Origin: Polyangiaceae bacterium
GTDB lineage: Bacteria; Myxococcota_A; Polyangia; Polyangiales; Polyangiaceae
Assembly: GCA_044376115.1 (NCBI GenBank)
Contig: JBILLK010000005.1
Location: forward strand, 128,001-192,000
DNA: 64,000 nt
Direction: 5' to 3'
Under the pieces are notes generated by a model. It saw nothing but the letters and a program-made list of their open reading frames with translations. It did no database searches and was not told the origin of the DNA. Position numbers and translations under genes: made by a program. Shown here in pieces: positions 47,188 through 55,476 of the stretch (positions are counted from its first letter, which is position 1; every line of letters starts with the position of its first letter).

Positions 47188-48558
47188 ATGTCGACGATGC
47201 CGTGCGACGCGCGCCGCCTACTCAAACAGCGGTTGCGCGGTCACGGTGATGAGGTCGTTCGGCAAGCCCTGCGGGCGTGGGACGATGAACGCTTCGTCCT
47301 GGCGCCACCTCAGCCCGCTGCCGGTCCTGTGGACGCAAGGCTGTTCCTGACCGACTGGCCGTACGTGTCTCTGCTCGAACCGGCTGAGCAGCCACCCGTG
47401 ATATCGGGCTCTCCGGTTCCGCTGCCGCAGAGTCCAACCGTGCGGGCACTGGCAGAGTTGTTCGATATCGATCCCTTGGGCTTCGTGCTCGTGGTGTCGG
47501 CCTTGCGCGGGTCGCTGGACGTTGGTCGCTTTCGAGCGGCGCTTGGCCGGTCGAGTAGTGAAGTCATGCACAGCTACGTGATTGCGCTCTTCCGGCTGTT
47601 GGCGCTGTCGAGCAACGCAGCGCTGGCCATTGCCGATGAGGTGTCACGTCAATGTGTGATCGCCCGCTACTTCCGTCCTGGCACTGACAGCGAGATCGCC
47701 GCGTTGCACGCGGCTCAATCGGCTTTGCCCGAGGCGAAGCTCAACATGGTGACCTTCCGCGAAGCGCTTCGCTCCGGCACCGCGGAGACCCTACGAATCC
47801 TGCGGCAAGACCCGCGCATCGCGGTGGTTTGGGTAGACGCAACCAACGCCATCTTCAGCACCATACTTGGCCTCGATAGTGCTGCTGTTGACTTGGCCCC
47901 TGGCTTCGACGAGCCATTGCTGTCGTTGCTGAACCAGGCCACGGATCTGGGTGAGGTCCCGAATTCCGAGGGGCACCCGTCGCTCAGCCTGTTGATTGCA
48001 ATGGAGCCAACGGCCGAAGGGCGAGAGCGGACGGTGGCGCACCTGCTTGCCTGCGCCGATGAGCGTTGCTTACGAACTCTTGGCGGCGAGGTGTGTGGCC
48101 GCGATAGCAGCCGACGATTCCTTGCGCACCCGGCGAGCGAACAGGTTGGTAGTCCCGACAATGGCACTCCGAGGCTGATTTTGTGCCGTGACGTCGTTTG
48201 GGAGGCGTTCTCGACGATGGCTCAAGCAGAGGGCCGCGAGGTTGATGAGCTGGTTGACGAGGCGATGGAACGGTACCGCCTCTTGCGCCAGCGCCTCCGG
48301 GAGCCAGCCAAGCCGGACAGCGTTCAGGCCATCACCGAAATTGACTTTGATGCGGCGGCTGCGGCGCTGGAACGGCGAGTCGCGCAAGCGAGCGAACCTC
48401 CGCCCTCAGCACGGAACGGGCTCAGGATACCCGCGGCAAATCAGCTTGAGAGTGCAACCCCCGTGGTTACCGTGGACCCCACCGGTTTTGAAGCAGATGA
48501 GCCAACCCGCCCCGTTTTGGCGTTGCCCACTGATGAAGAGCAGACTCGACCGCGATGA
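47188..48558 (+). CDS. Hypothetical protein with a ribbon-helix-helix-like segment near the C-terminus
   Basis: PRLILCRDVVWEAFSTMAQAEGREVDELVDEAMERY fits an RHH pattern. Start is uncertain (47188 or 47197); the track start at 46897 overlaps the divergent gene. Confidence 0.65.
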   Translation: MSTMPCDARRLLKQRLRGHGDEVVRQALRAWDDERFVLAPPQPAAGPVDARLFLTDWPYVSLLEPAEQPPVISGSPVPLPQSPTVRALAELFDIDPLGFVLVVSALRGSLDVGRFRAALGRSSSEVMHSYVIALFRLLALSSNAALAIADEVSRQCVIARYFRPGTDSEIAALHAAQSALPEAKLNMVTFREALRSGTAETLRILRQDPRIAVVWVDATNAIFSTILGLDSAAVDLAPGFDEPLLSLLNQATDLGEVPNSEGHPSLSLLIAMEPTAEGRERTVAHLLACADERCLRTLGGEVCGRDSSRRFLAHPASEQVGSPDNGTPRLILCRDVVWEAFSTMAQAEGREVDELVDEAMERYRLLRQRLREPAKPDSVQAITEIDFDAAAAALERRVAQASEPPPSARNGLRIPAANQLESATPVVTVDPTGFEADEPTRPVLALPTDEEQTRPR

Positions 48559-48606
48559 TGTAGGTCATTCAGCCACTTTGAGTTTATTCTCTGCCTAGGC
48601 CGTTCA

Positions 48607-48930
48607 ATGACGTCAGTACCTCCTCCCAACTTTGTGCCAGCGCCGCCAGCGTTGTTCATGGACTACGCTGGTCGTCGTTACGCGATTAACGTCCCCCGAT
48701 TCATCATTGGTCGGGAGAAAGGCGCGTGTCACTTGCTGCTGAACGATCCAAACGTGTCCCGTCAGCATGCTGCTATCGAGCTGACTTCAGGCGCGTTCTT
48801 CATCGTCGATCTCGGTTCGCGTAACGGCATCGGTTACAACGGTCACCGCGTTCACCGGAAGCAGATCGTTGAGGGAGACCGCTTTGAGATCAACGGTCAC
48901 ACCTTCGGCTTTTCTTTTCGCAATCCGTAA
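48607..48930 (+). CDS. Stand-alone FHA domain protein
   Basis: FHA phosphothreonine-binding motifs IIGR, DPNVSRQHA, DLGSRNG and EGD. Confidence 0.92.
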   Translation: MTSVPPPNFVPAPPALFMDYAGRRYAINVPRFIIGREKGACHLLLNDPNVSRQHAAIELTSGAFFIVDLGSRNGIGYNGHRVHRKQIVEGDRFEINGHTFGFSFRNP

Positions 48931-48936
48931 GTGCGG

Positions 48937-49671
48937 TCAGCGGCTCGGAAGAGAGAGTGCCCACTCTGGTTCTTCATCGTCGGCGGGAAGGCCGGTCAGC
49001 ACCTCTTGGGGCCGAAAGAGCGCCTTGTAAGCCAGGGATGGGCAAGCATCGACTCGGTACCCGAGGTAGACGTACGGAAGGCTCAAACTGCGCGCAAGCT
49101 CGAGCTGAATGACCACGTTGGCCGTGCCGATCGAGCGGCTTGCCCAGTCTGGATCGTAGAAGAAGTAAATAGCACTCCAAGCGCGGTCGGTCTGATCGCA
49201 CAGCGCAACTCCCACGAGCTTGCCGCGTTCGTCTCGGTAGGTGAGTTCGCGACCCGCGCGGTGCGGAAACGCGAATTGAAAGCGATAGCTCTCTTCCGAG
49301 AGCTCGGCCTCAGACCATCCGCGAGCCTGTTCTCGAAACGCGTGCCAGCGATGGTAGAGGGCCAACCTCTCAGCGTCGCAGGTAGGCGAAGCAATTTCGA
49401 TCGAGAGCTCGGCACACTTAGCGCGTGCTCGGCGTTGGCTCTTTGACGGGACGAACGACGAGGTCGGGACGCGGGTGGGCAAGCAGGCTGAGCAGCTCCC
49501 GCATGCTGGTCGAAAGTAGTCGGGTCCGAATCGTCGCCAGCCTCGTTCGAGCAGACCCGAGAGCTCCTCCTGCGACACCTCGACGAGGATGCGATGATCG
49601 AGAGACGCCGCGGTATTCGGTAAATAGGAACACGCCCGCGGCGCTTCTTTGAGGACCTCCAGCGTCCTCAC
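48937..49671 (-). CDS. Arginyl-tRNA-protein transferase-like (Bpt/ATE1 family) N-degron transferase
   Basis: Motifs CSYLP, GWRRFG..YFRP.C..C.AC.P.R, SKSQRR, SAIYFFYDP, SIGT, YVYLGY and YKA.FRP. Confidence 0.92.
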   Translation of the reverse strand: MRTLEVLKEAPRACSYLPNTAASLDHRILVEVSQEELSGLLERGWRRFGPDYFRPACGSCSACLPTRVPTSSFVPSKSQRRARAKCAELSIEIASPTCDAERLALYHRWHAFREQARGWSEAELSEESYRFQFAFPHRAGRELTYRDERGKLVGVALCDQTDRAWSAIYFFYDPDWASRSIGTANVVIQLELARSLSLPYVYLGYRVDACPSLAYKALFRPQEVLTGLPADDEEPEWALSLPSR

Positions 49672-50477
49672 GTTCGACTACGCGAGGCCAGCCACGGGCC
49701 CAACTTCTTGAGCATCAGCTCCGGTGCGCTGCGCTTCATGAAGGCGATCGCTTTCGATTCGGGGTGGGGAAAGGCGTACAGGTCTCCGCGTGCTGCGGCC
49801 GCGAGAGCCAGCTGCGCTACCTGCGGCGCTTGCACCTTCGAGCGGGCCATGAGCTTCTCCACCATCTCGGCCCCGCCGGAGAGGGTTGAGCGCGCAGCTT
49901 GCGCGATGTTGGTCTTGAAGAAGTAGGGGCAGAGAACGGTTACGCCGAGCTCGGTTCCCACGAACTCGCCAGCGAGAGTCTCCGACAGCGAGATCACCCC
50001 GGCTTTGGAGACGTTATAGGGCGCCATCGCGGCCGCGCTGGCAACGCCGGCGATCGAGGCGACGTTGATGATGTGGCCGCTGCCAGAACGCTTCATTCGA
50101 GGGAGGAAGAAGTGACAGCCGTAAATCACGCCCCACAGGTTGATGCCCATCAACCATTCCCAATCGCTGAGCGGAACCTCCCCGACGGGACCGCCCACGG
50201 CGACGCCCGCGTTGTTGATCAGAAGGTCCACACCGTCGAGGACCTCATGCGCCTTGCGCTCGAGCGCCTCAACCTGTTCCTTCTGCGCCACATCACAGAG
50301 CGCGGTAAACGCCTTTCCACCGGCACGCTCGACGAGGCTGGCCGTTTCGTCGAGGCCGCCTTGGTTGATGTCTGCAAGCAGGAGCGACGAACCTTTGGCT
50401 GCGAGTTCCACGGCGAAGGCTCGCCCGAGCCCCCCACTTGCGCCTGTGACAACGGACCTCGGTCGTTCTTTCAGCAT
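49668..50477 (-). CDS. Short-chain dehydrogenase/reductase
   Basis: Motifs TGASGGLG, NNAGV, NVAS and YNVSK. ATG 50477 follows an AGAGG RBS. Confidence 0.93.
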   Translation of the reverse strand: MLKERPRSVVTGASGGLGRAFAVELAAKGSSLLLADINQGGLDETASLVERAGGKAFTALCDVAQKEQVEALERKAHEVLDGVDLLINNAGVAVGGPVGEVPLSDWEWLMGINLWGVIYGCHFFLPRMKRSGSGHIINVASIAGVASAAAMAPYNVSKAGVISLSETLAGEFVGTELGVTVLCPYFFKTNIAQAARSTLSGGAEMVEKLMARSKVQAPQVAQLALAAAARGDLYAFPHPESKAIAFMKRSAPELMLKKLGPWLASRSRT

Positions 50478-50558
50478 TCCTCTTTGGTAACCCGACTTCG
50501 AACGGTTGCGAAGTCTGCTTGAGGTTTTCACCTCGCGATGCCGATGGTCACCTGCGCG

Positions 50559-51851
50559 CTATTGGCCCGGAGTAGCCAACTCGGCGGCTGGCTTGCGCGT
50601 TAGGTAGAAGAAATCACGCAACATCGGGTTACGAACGTAGTCCTCTTCCTTGTACTCAAAGCCTTTGATAATCGCCGAGACCACGGGGTTTTCCGCGTCT
50701 CCCTCCTTGGGCTCGACGGTCACGAATTTTGGAAAGGACCAGTTCACGTCGAGTTGCGCGACATCGTGCGCGCCGGCGTGCTCCATCGCCTTTGCAATCG
50801 CGAGCGCCGTGGTGGCTTCGCTGATCGCGACAAACAAGGTCTGGCGGTCTTGGGAAAGACCAATCGCCGAGCGGCGAATCACGGTGTCCTTGTCGAGCGT
50901 CGCTCCCCAGAGGGTGTTTTGCTCAACGGCGAGGCCTTTGTGCAATTCACCTCCTTCGATCATGCACGCCGGCGCTTGTCGAAACCAATCCATCTCGGTG
51001 AGTGTTGGTTCCAACACTTCCCAGGAGCCAATGTTGAGACGGTCCTTCGCGTAGCCGGCCAACGTGCAGGAGATGCCGCGTGGCTCGATGAAGACGACAC
51101 CTTCGGCCTTCATTCCGTAGTGCCCGTGGGTGGCTTTGAACCCGCCGTTGAAGGCGGCGAGTGCGCTGGGCACATCCGCCTTGGGAATGAGGCCAGTTCG
51201 CGTGTGTGCGCGGGCTGCAGGCAAGCTCGACATCGGTTCCATGGTTCCGGCCATCAAGTGGAGCCGCACCTGTCGAAGATCCACCGCGACGACCGCAACG
51301 TGAGACCAACCTCGTTTGGGGTCGGGATGCAGCAGCGTCTTCAGCATGGGGGCGGGCTCTTTGGGAAAGCGCGCATCGGGCATCGGGACCCAGTCGCCGT
51401 CCCCTGGCGCGGAGAAGCTCTGATGCATCGGTCCGACGCTGGTCCGCGCATAGACGGGGTACTTCAGGGTCTCGCCAGGGGCTGGCTGCACGACGACGGG
51501 TGAAGCGGAGGGGACCTCCCAGAACGACTCGGGCTTTTCATCCCCGCGCGTAGCTTGGTTGTACTCGTCTTGAACGCCGTACGCCCAGTCCTCCAATTTG
51601 GCGATGGCGTCGTTGCCAACGATCGACCGCCCAGTGTCCGCGAGCCACGGCCCGAGCCACTCGACGCGATGAATCGCGATCCACAGCGCGAGTATCGAGA
51701 GCGGTGTGCCCACAGCCAGACCAAGCATGAGCCGACGCAGCCAACGTCGCCCTTTCTTGGGTTGGGTCTTCGCGGAAGCCGTCGTCGACAGCTGTGAACC
51801 GTCTGCCGGAGCACCGGTGTCGAGCGGATTCTCGCTGGAGGTCGTAGCCAT
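50559..51851 (-). CDS. Phosphodiester glycosidase (NAGPA/DUF2233)-family membrane-anchored protein
   Basis: One N-terminal TM; AFNGGF; RRSAIG; A.QLD; RDFFY. Confidence 0.75.
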   Translation of the reverse strand: MATTSSENPLDTGAPADGSQLSTTASAKTQPKKGRRWLRRLMLGLAVGTPLSILALWIAIHRVEWLGPWLADTGRSIVGNDAIAKLEDWAYGVQDEYNQATRGDEKPESFWEVPSASPVVVQPAPGETLKYPVYARTSVGPMHQSFSAPGDGDWVPMPDARFPKEPAPMLKTLLHPDPKRGWSHVAVVAVDLRQVRLHLMAGTMEPMSSLPAARAHTRTGLIPKADVPSALAAFNGGFKATHGHYGMKAEGVVFIEPRGISCTLAGYAKDRLNIGSWEVLEPTLTEMDWFRQAPACMIEGGELHKGLAVEQNTLWGATLDKDTVIRRSAIGLSQDRQTLFVAISEATTALAIAKAMEHAGAHDVAQLDVNWSFPKFVTVEPKEGDAENPVVSAIIKGFEYKEEDYVRNPMLRDFFYLTRKPAAELATPGQ

Positions 51852-51987
51852 GCGGCGACTACCCTAACCCGGAATGACTCGCGCCACGAAGTCGAACCAA
51901 TCGGTGCTCAGGATGATCCAACTGAGTCTAAAAAAGAGCTTCGATATCAGACGTTTGAGGTGAATCTGGCGGTCGGCGAAAATAGTT

Positions 51988-52014
51988 TGTCACTAGCTGG
52001 TGGCTGTCTCCGTT
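51988..52014 (+). promoter_or_regulatory. Candidate ECF-sigma promoter TGTCAC(T)-N16-CGTT upstream of the VIT-vWA/ECF operon
   Basis: TGTCACT at 51988-51994, a 16-nt spacer and CGTT at 52011-52014 resemble the TGTCACA-n16-CGTC type of ECF promoter. An ECF gene lies in the same operon. Confidence 0.55.
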
Positions 52015-52042
52015 GACCAGCTGAACCAACGGAGGAACGGTC

Positions 52043-54610
52043 ATGAATGTGCTTACCAAGTCTGCGGAATTCGTTCAGCGCGCACGTCTCGTCGAGGCCA
52101 ACGCAAGTTTGCTACCGCTTGTCGGCTGCAACCTGGAGGTCGACGCGTGCGGTGGCTACGCGCGCGTGCGACTTCGTCAACGCTTCGAGAATCCGCACGC
52201 AGAGGCGTTGACGGTCCTGTACAAACTGCCGCTACCGGCTGACGCAGCCGTCAGCGACTTCTCCTTTCGCATCGGAGAGCGGCTTGTGCGCGGAAAGGTG
52301 AAAGGGCGTGCAGAAGCGCGTCGCGAGTACGAACATGCGCTCGTCGAGGGGCGGTCTGCGGCGCTGCTCGAGCAAGAGCGCAGCAATCTATTTAGCCAAG
52401 AGATCGCCAACATTCCCCCGCGCTCGACGGTCGAGATCGAACTCGATATTGATCAGCCTCTCGCCTGGCTGACCGAGGGCTTCTGGGAGTGGCGCTTTCC
52501 CCTTACGACGGCACCTCGCTATCTAGGTGGCCGCCTTTCCGCGGAGCAAGAGGGTCGGCTCGCCTTTGCGATCGCCCAGACGGACATCGGTGTTCGCGCT
52601 TCGCTTGCGCTCAACGTGCGAGACCTCGCAACGCAGGCGCGGTCGCCTGAATCGCCCTCCCACCCGCTTTCGTGCACACGCACCAGCTTCGGTCACAGCG
52701 TCGAGCTCGGGGCAGGCAACGCAGCTCAGCTCGATCGCGACATCGTGGTTCGGTGGTGCGCAGCCGCGAGTGAACCGGGGCTCTCTCTCGATGTCGCTCG
52801 CCCGAGCGGCGCCATTGGCGAGAGCTTGTTTGGCCTGCTAACGCTGGTTCCACCGAGCCCCGACCAAAGGCCGACGCCGCTACCTCGCGATCTCACTTTG
52901 CTGCTCGATACCAGCGGTTCGATGAGCGGAGAGCCACTCGACCAGCTCAAGCGAATTGCTTGTGCGTTGGTCGACTCGTTGGCCGACACCGACCTGCTCG
53001 AGATGGTCGAATTCTCTTCGCGGCCAAGCTCCTTTCGCCAACTTCCCGAGCCCGCGAGCCCGCGCCTCAAGGCGGAGGCCATCGCTTGGATTCAGCGTCT
53101 GCAGGCCAACGGCGGAACGGAGATGGTGTCGGGTGTCGAGCATGCGATGAAGGAGCTGCGCCCTGGATCTCAGCGCCAAATCATCTTGATTACCGACGGC
53201 CTCGTGGGCTTCGAGGAGGACATCGTTCAGGCTGTTCTGGCGCGCTTGCCGCTCACCGCACGTCTGCATTGCGTGGGGGTAGGCAGTGCGGTGAATCGCT
53301 CGCTCGTTGCTCCCATCGCGAGGGCGGGCCGAGGAGTGGAGGCGATCGTCGGTTTGGGCGAAGACGGAGCGCGTGCGGCAGCGCGCGTACTCTCCCATAC
53401 AGTGAGGCCGATGCTGGTGGACGTCGTGCTCGAGGGCGATGCACTTCGCCGAGTGGCGCCCAGCCGATTGCCGGATGTGTACGCTGGCTGTCCCTTGCGC
53501 GCCGCGCTGGAGCTCGCCCCCGAAGGAGGTCGGATCAGGCTTCGTGCGCGTATGAACGGGGCTGCGTTCATTCGCGATATCGAGGTTGCTCCGGTGGAGC
53601 AAGGCCGCGGAAGTGGCGCTATCGCAAAGCTGTTTGCCCGGGAGCTGGTTGAGGATCTCGAGATGCAGCTCTCCTCCGGCGGTCACCGAAAAACCGTTGA
53701 GGGAGAGATCGAGCGCGCGGGGATCGCGTTTCAGATCGCAACGCGCCTCAGCTCTTGGATCGCCGTTACTGAGGAACGCAGTGTCGACCCACGAGATCCG
53801 TCAAGAAGGGTCGAGCAACCCAACGCGCTTGCGTACGGGCTCTCTGCCGAAGGGCTCGGTTTGCGCGCCGCCACGCACACAGGGACCTTCGAGGTTGCCG
53901 CGGAGGCGGACGGCTTCGAGGACGACCAGAACGTCAGCTATGCAGCGCAGGCACGGCTGAACATGCCGATAACGCATGCGATGCAGCCCCAATCGGTGGC
54001 GTCCTTCGCTTCAATGGCACCGCCCTCGCAGGCTCCCTCTGCTTATGGCGCCGCCCCACCGCCTCCTGGTTTCCCGAGCGATGCTCCGGCTCCGGCTCCG
54101 GCCCCGCCCGCGCCGTCACGCCCCGTACCTCAAGCCCCGTCAGCGCCGTCACGCGCAATGCCTCAAGGCCCGCCCGCAGGCCGCGCCTATCGATCCCCTG
54201 CCGACGCCCCACCGCCACCTCCTCCTTTGCCAGCTCGCAAGCAAGTAGCGCGAGACGAGGAGAAGGCGAAGAAGGCCGAGCGCCCAACGGCGCAAGTTGT
54301 ACAGCCCGCTGCGCTCATCACCAACGGCCGCCTCGTATTCATCAGCGGCAACGCACTGACCGTGGAGTTTGCGCTCGATCTCAGTCAGGCCGGAACTGCG
54401 CTCTCGTATCAGGAGGTCCGCGCGATCCTGTATCTCCGTAGCGGAGTGGAGTTGGAGTTGCGACTTTGGCCGGAGCACAGCGCTCGCGAAGGAGCGCTCG
54501 CGGTCAATCTTCAGTATCGCTTGACGTTCGTTGCTGACAGGCAGCTTTCCGCGCAGGACCTTCTCGGAATTCGCGTAGCGTTCGCGAACATCCTGGTCGA
54601 GATTCGTTGA
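52043..54610 (+). CDS. VIT + von Willebrand factor A domain protein with Pro-rich linker and C-terminal domain
   Basis: VIT domain (QRFENP...Y.LPLPADAAV...A.LLEQERSNLF); MIDAS DTSGSM, GGT and LITDG; Pro/Ala-rich region at about 54020-54235; RBS GGAGG. Confidence 0.92.
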   Translation: MNVLTKSAEFVQRARLVEANASLLPLVGCNLEVDACGGYARVRLRQRFENPHAEALTVLYKLPLPADAAVSDFSFRIGERLVRGKVKGRAEARREYEHALVEGRSAALLEQERSNLFSQEIANIPPRSTVEIELDIDQPLAWLTEGFWEWRFPLTTAPRYLGGRLSAEQEGRLAFAIAQTDIGVRASLALNVRDLATQARSPESPSHPLSCTRTSFGHSVELGAGNAAQLDRDIVVRWCAAASEPGLSLDVARPSGAIGESLFGLLTLVPPSPDQRPTPLPRDLTLLLDTSGSMSGEPLDQLKRIACALVDSLADTDLLEMVEFSSRPSSFRQLPEPASPRLKAEAIAWIQRLQANGGTEMVSGVEHAMKELRPGSQRQIILITDGLVGFEEDIVQAVLARLPLTARLHCVGVGSAVNRSLVAPIARAGRGVEAIVGLGEDGARAAARVLSHTVRPMLVDVVLEGDALRRVAPSRLPDVYAGCPLRAALELAPEGGRIRLRARMNGAAFIRDIEVAPVEQGRGSGAIAKLFARELVEDLEMQLSSGGHRKTVEGEIERAGIAFQIATRLSSWIAVTEERSVDPRDPSRRVEQPNALAYGLSAEGLGLRAATHTGTFEVAAEADGFEDDQNVSYAAQARLNMPITHAMQPQSVASFASMAPPSQAPSAYGAAPPPPGFPSDAPAPAPAPPAPSRPVPQAPSAPSRAMPQGPPAGRAYRSPADAPPPPPPLPARKQVARDEEKAKKAERPTAQVVQPAALITNGRLVFISGNALTVEFALDLSQAGTALSYQEVRAILYLRSGVELELRLWPEHSAREGALAVNLQYRLTFVADRQLSAQDLLGIRVAFANILVEIR

Positions 54611-54617
54611 ACCTGCC

Positions 54618-55172
54618 GTGAGCCAAGATCTGGACGTCCATCTTTCTGCAATCGCCTGGGGAAGTGCCGAGGCGTTTGCAGACTTTCTCTCGGTCGCCGA
54701 GTGGCCGTTGCGGCAGAGCTTGCGCAGCTTTGCCACCAGGCTCGATCTCGAGGCGATTGTGCAAGAGGCGTCTCTACGCTTGTGGCAGGTCGCACCGACG
54801 GTTGAGTCCGATGGGCGGGCAAACTCCCTGCTCCGCATGCTCTTGCGAATTGCTCGCAACCTAGCGGTGGATGAAGTGCGGCGGCGACATCGCGAAGAGC
54901 CTACTGCAGTGCTCGAGGCAGCAGGTCCTTTCCCGAGTCCGCCGGACCCTCCGCTCCGCCGTGCGATCGCCGATTGCATTGAGGAGCTTCCTGAGAAACC
55001 GCGCGAAGCTCTGAACGCCAGGCTGAACAGTGATGGCGTCGAGAGTGACGCCGTCCTTTCGTTGGCGTGCAACATGCGACCAAACACTTTTCTTCAGAAC
55101 GTCACGCGCGCGCGCAGGCAGCTCGCGGATTGTCTGGAAAACAAGGGCGTAGAGCTCTTGGGGATCGCTTGA
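54618..55172 (+). CDS. ECF RNA polymerase sigma factor
   Basis: Region 2 EAIVQEASLRLW...LLRIARNLAVDEVRRR; region 4 CIEELPEKPREAL...NTFLQNVTRARRQL. Confidence 0.85.
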   Translation: MSQDLDVHLSAIAWGSAEAFADFLSVAEWPLRQSLRSFATRLDLEAIVQEASLRLWQVAPTVESDGRANSLLRMLLRIARNLAVDEVRRRHREEPTAVLEAAGPFPSPPDPPLRRAIADCIEELPEKPREALNARLNSDGVESDAVLSLACNMRPNTFLQNVTRARRQLADCLENKGVELLGIA

Positions 55173-55173
55173 G

Positions 55174-55434
55174 ATGGCCCTGACAGTTTCCGAACGGGAG
55201 GCGCTCATTGAGCGGTGTGTTACGGCGCATCGCGTCGTAGACCCTCGAGGCGCCCGGCTTCACGCTGCAGCCTTCTACGATCTCCCCGAGGACGATCGTT
55301 TGGAGGTCTTCGAGCAGACGCTCAAACAACGACGGATCGAGGCCGCGCTTCAAGAGAACGGTAGGTCCACCACCGTGTTGGCCGTGTTGCGAGCGATTCG
55401 CGGCGATGGTTCCGCGGGCGATGATGGCGGTTAG
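55174..55434 (+). CDS. Small hypothetical protein directly after the ECF sigma gene
   Basis: 86-aa soluble, helical-looking ORF 1 bp after the sigma stop; no TM. Confidence 0.7.
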   Translation: MALTVSEREALIERCVTAHRVVDPRGARLHAAAFYDLPEDDRLEVFEQTLKQRRIEAALQENGRSTTVLAVLRAIRGDGSAGDDGG

Positions 55435-55476
55435 TCCAGCGACACGCAGCGCGATCGATTAGCGTCAGCGGCCATC

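Noticed and set aside
48556..48606. Selenocysteine recoding of the in-frame TGA
   Set aside because: There is no convincing SECIS-like hairpin after the TGA, and the context is a disordered linker rather than a redox motif.
51990..52040. Known SAM-II/SAM-V/preQ1 riboswitch
   Set aside because: The topology is pseudoknot-like, but the conserved ligand-binding nucleotides are not recognisable; kept only as an unnamed candidate.
54083..54106. GCTCCG hexamer repeats
   Set aside because: They simply encode the Ala-Pro linker of the VIT-vWA protein; not a CRISPR or mobile repeat.
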